The translations under genes and the position numbers were made by a program. Positions 55,713 through 64,000 of a stretch of DNA of 64,000 bases are shown here, one piece after another (the stretch's first letter is position 1; the number at the start of each line of letters is the position of its first letter). The stretch comes from the human T2T-CHM13v2.0 reference genome, Homo sapiens: NCBI RefSeq assembly GCF_009914755.1, contig NC_060946.1; one strand, written 5' to 3'. Under the pieces are notes generated by a model. The model did no database searches and was not told where the DNA came from. It saw only the letters and a list, made by a program, of their open reading frames with translations.

Positions 55713-57935
55713 AAGCTCTCTTTTTGCAGTGGTAAGAATGTTCTAAAATTGACTGTGGTTGCAAATATCAGTGAATACACTAAAAACCACTGAATTCTGC
55801 ACTTTAAATGGGTGAATTTTACAGTGTGTGAATTCTCTCTCAATAAAGCTGTTGAAAAAAGAAAAGTGTGAAGGTGCAGGCTTTGAGAAACTCACAGGTC
55901 GGGGAGGATAGAGAAGTAAACGATTCCTGTCATAATACAGCAGGCACAGGCGGGGCACAGGGAGACGACCTGGTGAGCGGGGCTGGCTGAGGACAGGTGT
56001 CTGAGCTCAGGAGTGAAAATAAGTTTTCCACAAGAGGCCATGTTAGTACAGTGCTATGGGAAGAGAGGGGGACACCTCTCAGCCTAGGGAGCTTGGGTGA
56101 AGGGAGAGGCAATCCAGGAAGGCTTCCTAGAGCAGGTGCCATTGGGCTGAGTCCTGAAAAATGAGTCAGGCAAGAAAGCAAGAGGCAGAAGAAGATGTCA
56201 CAGGTGAAAAGGGTGGAAGCCTACTCAGGGAATGTTCTGGGTGGAGGTTGGGGAGTGACAGGGAGGAGAATCCTGCCTGGTGTCCTGGGAAGGACAGTCC
56301 CCCGACATCTACCTCTACCCCCTGTGTTTCTTCAAGCAAGCCCTTGCCCCTCTCTGGGCCTGGGTTCTAACAAAAGCCCTTCCATCTCTGAGGCTGAGAG
56401 TCTCTGGGGCTCAGGTTGGAGTGATGAGGGCAAAGGGAGGGCAGACGGGGAATCAGGAGGAGGGGATGTCGTCGGGTGTCAGGGCCTGGAGACAGAGGGA
56501 CCGAGGCTTCTATGGCCTTTGTGGCCACAGAGCCGGACCTGCTGCCCAGGGGCCACGTCCCCGCTACCCTCAGGCCTCCCCAGGAAACAGAAGTGCCTGG
56601 GGAGGAATCGAAACAGAAACACAGGTGTCTCTCCCTGGGCAGATTCCAAGAAAAAAAAAGAAAGTGGCCTCTAGAGAAGAGAACTTGTGAGCTTTGAAGG
56701 GAGGAAGGAAACCCAAGCCGCGAGAGGAAGCGAGAGAGGAGGGTAGGTGTGAGAGAGAAGCAGGTGCCCCAGGCGCAGGCCACACCGGCCACGGCCCACG
56801 GCCATGCCACCAGTCAGGCTTGTGGAACCCAACCGCAGGCAGCTTTGAGGGGGCACAAGAAGTGTGTGGAGGAGGAGCGGGCCCTGATGACGGTCCCCAG
56901 TGGTGCCACCAGCTTCCTGTCTCCTCGGCCCTGATACTCTCTTGGTCTCCCCAAGTCACCGTGGCCCTGGCACTAATGAGTCCTGAATTTGGAGTCATGG
57001 GGTCTCCTTTTGGCTTTTTGGAGAGTTCAGCCTTTTGGCCCCACCATGTGTGATTTGCAGTCTCTGAGCCTCAGTTTGCTTGTCTGTAAAATGGGGACCG
57101 CCAGTGCTGCTCTCCCTCTGCCGTCGGGGAGCACAGAGTGTGCACTGGAGGAAGACAAAGCAATGTGCATGAAAACACCTGGCCATGCAGACCTAAGGGA
57201 TGGGAGGATCGTGGGCATGATGATATTAACCTCTTGTATGGTGATGGTATCCATTTCTTGGATGGTGAGGATATCAACCTCTTCGTGCAGTGTTTTCACC
57301 TTTCTGAAGCATCTTCTCATTACTTACCTCCTCTGAGCCTCACAGTGCCGAGTGCAAAAGGCCAGGTGGGTGTCCTTATACCCATTTGACAGGAGATAAA
57401 ACTGAGGCTTGGAGAAGCAGCATCACGGAGCAGGCAGGAGAACCATGGGGATGTTGGGCTCCTGGGGCCTGGACATCACCACCCACCTCTTTGCTTTCCT
57501 CTGGCCCCGTTGGCTGCCAAGCTGGGGTAATTGGGGTCCTTGTGCTTTTCACACAGGTAGAGACCACCCCGACACCCCAAGCCAAACTTCCTGGGTCACA
57601 TGGAGGGTGTTCAGGCTGGAGCAGGAAAGATTCACAAACACACCATCAAATATTTGAAAGCCTTTTAGGTAGAAGCTGAATTAGGCTAGTTCCGGGTGGT
57701 CCCAAGGGTAGAACAAGGACAAATGCCCTAGGAGGTTATAGGAACATGGAGAAGGGATTCAGTTCGTTATGGAAAAGAGCATTCTGAATACACTGAGCCA
57801 GTTACAGATAGAACATGTTGCCTGCAGGGTGGTGAGCTCCCCATCACTGGGGGCATTCAAGTGCAGGCCTGACAACCAGGTGGCAGAAGAGGTAGTGCAG
57901 AGGGGAGCAGATTCTATGAGGGAGGTTATCCTAGC

Positions 57936-58130
57936 ACCGGGCTTCTCAACCTCAGCATGATCCACACTCTTGGAGGTGGGGGCTGCCCTTGGCATTGTAG
58001 GATATTCAGCCGCATCCCTGCTGTCTACAGCCAGATGCCAGCAGCATCCCCAACTGTGACAGCCAAAAATGTTTCCAGACATTGTCAAGTGTGCCCTGGG
58101 GCAGAATTGCCCCCAGTTAAGAAGTTCTGG
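57936..58130. mobile_element. MER20 DNA transposon
   Basis: ttctcaacctcagca...cattgtaggatattcagc...agatgccagcagca...gtgacagccaaaaatgtttccagacattgtcaa. Confidence 0.82.
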
Positions 58131-59134
58131 CTTAGATGACCTTTAAGACCCCCTGAGATCCTAGGATTCTGTCATTCTACACGAGGAACCACAAGAGTCA
58201 CTGTCATTTTTTGAGCCAGTGTGGACTGCATGCTGCTAAGAGTCTTGGACACATCATGCCCTTTAATGTTGTAACTGCCTGGGTTGGTACCTCTTCTTAC
58301 ATAACCTCTCCCACTCCTCGGCTGTGTTTATTCCAACTCCTTACATCCCGGATGGCGTCCCTCCCACCCGCTGCAGGCCCTCCCTTCATCCTTCCCCCAC
58401 CCATCCCATTCACACCCCATCTTTTATTATATTCCAGCACCTCTGTGCTCCCCTAAATAGCACCGTGTCTAGGGTCTCCATGTCCGTCTTCCCACTGGAC
58501 GCTGGGCTCTTGGAGGGCCAGTTGGCTCTTGTTCAACTCTGGATCCCCACATAGTAGGGATTCACCACACATGTACTAAGGGACTGAGGACTGAGGCAGA
58601 CACATCGGCTCAGGGGTATCCGTGAACCAGCCCTGGTCAGCTGGGGCTGCCTGACTCTGCAGCCCTCGAGTCCCCTGAATGCACCCCTGGGAAGCAGCCC
58701 GCTGTCCGGCTCCTCCGTGCACAGGTCTCTAACCCAGAGAGAGGCCCACAGTGTCCACCGGAAGGACGAGGGGCAGGACGTGTGGGCAGGAGCCTCCCCT
58801 GTAGGAGGAAATGACCTGGATAATGAGGGTGACCACAGCCTCGTTCATGAAACCCCAGATACCCGACCTGGTCTCTGTCTTCAAAGCCAGAAGGAGGACG
58901 CTTTAGGGGAAACAAGGGAAGTCCCACAGGGAAATGGTCAGGCGGAGGGCGTTCCTGTTAACTGAATATTCTGATTAAGTGGGAGCCATAGCATGGGCTG
59001 GCAGGAAGCCCACCGCCCTTTGTGGGGCTGTCTTTGTGGGGTTTCTTTCGTAGAGCGATGAAGATTTGAACTATGTTGGCAGTTTCCAAGCTTTCCGGGT
59101 GTTTTTATTTTGGTTTTAGCAGAAGAAGTCCCTA

Positions 59135-59485
<351 letters not shown>

Positions 59486-60276
59486 CCCTTCCCAAAGTGG
59501 CTCTGAGTCACCTGCCAGCCCCACAGAGATCCTCAGAGCCTGGTTAGAAACTCCCAAGGTTTCTCTGAGGTCCTCCTGGCTGCCGTGATCTGCGATTCTG
59601 TAACTGACCCCACCTAATGGTGAGGCGCATCCCAGCTTTACAGGATGCCCTCAGGGCTCTGCAAGGTTGCCGGTGAGAGCTGTGACTCGGGCTATCCTCG
59701 AACATGCTGAGATGGAAAATTCTGGTCATCCGAGTATTCTGTTTATTTCTGTGGGTCCCTTGGTAAACAGGAATTTACAGTACCCAGCAAAGATAAACTT
59801 ATGGAACTCATTACCCCAGAAAGGGTTACAGACCAGGGACATGAGCACACCCGGTCAGACCCTGCGGTGTTTGGATGACAGAGCCCTGAATGGAGACACC
59901 CCAGGTCTGGTCCCAGCCTGACAGCAGTGGCCACAGCCTCAGGAGAGCCACTGTCACAAGGCCGGAGCTCTGAAAAGACTCACAAGCATTTTCTCATCGC
60001 TTTGAGGTTTACCATGCATTCCTTTCCTTTTTTTACTGATTGAGGAACTGAGGCTCAGAGAGGTGGAGTCCCTTGCAAGTGGCTGAAGCCAGAGTTCTCA
60101 GCTTCACTATCAGGGGCTCCCATGCCATCCACTGAGTGACCAGAGCAAAGCTGGGCTTGCCCTTTTAACCTGGAAACTGGGGCTTTTCGATGGGAGCCCA
60201 CCTTCCCGTGAACATGCGTAGGTTGAGTGACTGCCCTCAGGTCAGGATTGAATTAGACTCTGATAATAGAAAGATG

Positions 60277-60567
60277 GGCCAGGCACAGTGGCTCATGCCT
60301 ATAACCCCCAGCCCTTGGAAGGCCAAGGCAAGAGGATCGCTTGAGACTAGGAGTTTGAGACCAGCCTGGGCAACAGAGCGAGACCCTGTCTCTAAAATAA
60401 TTAGCCAGGCATGTGGCACATGCCTGTAGTCCCGATTGCTGGGGAAGCTGAGATGGGAGGATTGCTTGAGCCCAGGAGTTTGAGATTATAGTGAGCTATG
60501 ATCATTGTACCACTGCACTCCAGCCTGGGTGACAGAGTAAGACTCTATCTCAAAAAGAAAAGAAAAA
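60277..60567 (+). mobile_element. AluJ-like
   Basis: Full Alu. Confidence 0.9.
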
Positions 60568-61007
60568 TGGATAAAGACATAGCCCTTAGGACAAAGGGCC
60601 AAGAGTTAACTTTACCAGGCAGCTGGAGAGGGGGCAAAAGGAGGTTTTGCTGAGAAGGAAGTGTCCGGGCTGATCTGGAGGCTGCGTAATCAAGTAACAG
60701 ATGGAGGCAGCAGGGAACAGCATTTCCTCATAGGGAACAGCCTGAGCTAAGTGGAAGAGGCATGAGGAAACATCCCAAAAGATTCCTCCAGCTAACTGCC
60801 AAGAGTACTGGTGGGTCATTACAGAATGATGAAGAAGGGAGGGCTGGTGTCCCAGGATCAATATCCCAGAGAAGGAATAAGGGTTCTCCTTCCAGAGCCC
60901 GATTTCTAGGTTTCGGGAGCCCTGAGGCTGGCCACGGGAAACGTTTCTGATATTTGTGAGAATCTCTGAATCAGTTCTTGTTGGAGCTGGCAGAGCCCTT
61001 TAGGGGT

Positions 61008-61495
61008 TGTATTAGTTTCCTGTGGTTGCCATAATAAATTACCACAAACTGGGTGGCTTGAAATAACAGACATTTATTCACTCACAGTTCTGGAGGCCAG
61101 AAGTCTGAAATCAAGGTGCCAGCAGGGCCACACCCATTTCAAGGCTGTAGGGAAGAATCCTTGCCTGCTTCTTCTAGGTGGTTTCTGGAGGGTGGCTCCA
61201 GGTGCCCCGGAGCTTATGGCTGCCTCACCCCAGCCTCTGTCTCTGTCCTCACCTGGCCTTCTCCCCTGCGTGCCTCGAGCCTCTCTCCCTTTCTCTTGTA
61301 AGGACACTTGTCATTGTCTTATAAGGACACTTCTGTGGGTTGAGGACCTACATAGATATTCCAGGATGATCTCATCTAGAGATCCTTAACTTAGTTACAT
61401 CTACAAAGACCCTTTTTCCAAATAAGGTCACATTCACGGGTTCCAGGAGGTAGGTGTATCTTGGAGGCTGGGGAGGGGACATCATTGAACCTACC
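61008..61495 (-). mobile_element. MLT1-family LTR
   Basis: tgtattagtttcctgtggttgccataataaattaccacaaactgggtggctt...ccaaataaggtcacattcac. Confidence 0.85.
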
Positions 61496-62472
61496 CGGGG
61501 ATCAGCCGTTCAACAACCTTATTCTGCCGTTGAGGATGCTGAGGCTCAGGTGGACAAAGGCTCTTGCCCAAAGCCAGCCAGTCAGTGACACAGGGATCCT
61601 CAGGTGCCCCAAGAGTCTTGTGCCAACACCACCATTGTCATCGTAGCACAATACGTGCATTGTTTCATACAGGCCAGACATTGTTCTGTGCCGAACCTCT
61701 CTCAACTCACAGTAAGCCTGCTCCTCAGAGGAGGAAGACAGGCACAGAGAGCTCTAGGAACTTGCCCAAGGTCACACAGTCAATTTGTGGGTTTATGGTG
61801 TCCCCCTGGAAACCCATGTGTCCAGAACAGCCTTGACACATAGGAGTAGGTATATGTTTGTGAGCGCCAGCGTGGCTCTGAGGCCTGGCGGGGAAGAACG
61901 GAAGTCTATAGTCCTGCTGGAGAGGCGGACACTCACAGGATCACTTCCTAGACTGTCGGGGAGAGGCCAGCCTGGGAGTGCCTGGGGGATTTTCCCAAGA
62001 AAGAGACCTGAGTTGAGTCACATCTAAGGAAGAATAAAACCAGTGAGAGGGAATGCCTGGGATGGGAAGGACTTCCCAGGAAAGCTGGAATGAGCATAGC
62101 ATGTCCCAGGGACAAAATCAGTTCAGTTTTGCTGGAGCAGAAAGCAGGAAGCCAGGGGAAAATGAGGCTGAGGTTCAAACTTGGTCCTGAAGGTACTAGG
62201 GAGCCACGGTTGGTTTAAGCAGGAGCTATGTCAGCCGCTTTGTGTTTTAGGAAGATTGCTCTGGGAGGCCAGGGGTAGGTGAGGCCTCTGCAGGGACCCC
62301 TCTGAAGGTGCACCCTGAGTTTATCTCCAACCCCTTGCTTGGCAGGTGTGGGATGAAGCTGCAATTTAGGGCAGGAGGAGCAGTGCCTGGTCAACTCCCC
62401 TTCTGTTCCAGAACCCCAAGTCACAGGGGAAACCTGGGGGGATGGAGGAGAAAGGTCTGCAGTCACAATCTA

Positions 62473-62847
<375 letters not shown>

Positions 62848-63389
62848 TTAAAGGAGGTGGTTGGGTCAGCTTTTCCCAGTGTCCATGGAATGTGGTCCTG
62901 AAAGAGCTGCTGGCAAAGAATCCACAGACATGCTGCATACTCTGTCCCCACCTGACTGCCCTTAAGGCTCTGATAAGTCCTGCAACAAACACTTCTTTTT
63001 CATTTTGTTTAACCCACTCTTTCCCAAACTTTTCTGATGCAAAGTCAGGTTTTCTTCTTTGAATGCTGGTGCACTGCCTTGTGAATGGAGAGCAACACAA
63101 CTCACTTTGGGCAATGCTAGTACAGAGGAAGTACTTTGGGCAATGCTAGTATAGACCAGGAGTGAGGAGGCTTGGGTAGGGAGGTATGTTCTTTGCGAGA
63201 GCACCCACCACTTCTCTGGGCCTCCATTTCCTCCTTGCTGCCTCCTATTCAATAGTTATCTTATGTATTACAGTAACCACATAGTGTCTCTGTAGAAGGG
63301 ATCTTGTGTTTCCACCCTGGGGTTCAGTACCTGGCACAGAGCCAGATGCTGAATGAATACATGAATGAAAGTCTAAAATAAGAACTGCC

Positions 63390-63917
<528 letters not shown>

Positions 63918-64000
63918 CAGAACTGCCTCTCCAGTAGAGCTATTATGGAATTAAGTCAACGAATGCCGATGAGATGAGATGAGTTTTATGTTAGTAAATG

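Noticed and set aside
56161-57679. Dense overlapping ORFs on both strands
   Set aside because: GC-rich stop-poor DNA with MIR pieces; no recognisable domain or coherent exon structure.
57870-57888. CTCF-like tgacaaccaggtggcagaa
   Set aside because: Mismatch at a near-invariant C of the core.

Overview
Human (primate) genomic DNA. The only protein-coding sequence I can support is the terminal coding exon of HORMAD2 on the + strand (11400-11504, [34 protein letters not shown], carrying the meiotic HORMAD closure motif), followed by a ~0.9 kb 3'UTR with AATAAA at 12393. The ORF track misses this exon. That places the window at 22q12.2: 1-11399 is the distal last HORMAD2 intron and ~12.4-64 kb is the intergenic interval towards LIF/OSM (gene order recalled; LIF is not visible here). 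The left half is AT-rich with old L1/L2/MIR/CR1/MLT/MER fossils; the right half is GC-richer and Alu-dense. Nearly all listed ORFs are repeat or low-complexity artefacts. I found no CRISPR, RNA gene or convincingly new multi-gene system. Best leads: (i) a 92-nt cryptic exon (5395-5486) that would create a junction TGA and a HORMAD2 isoform lacking the closure motif; (ii) a motif-dense candidate enhancer at ~31.2-32.1 kb plus many perfect AP-1 sites at 30.8-62 kb; (iii) a local templated insertion that built a chimeric fold-back Alu at 35.05-35.54 kb; (iv) a ~250-bp local duplication at 3.7/4.9 kb. Repeat boundaries and subfamily calls are by eye and approximate.
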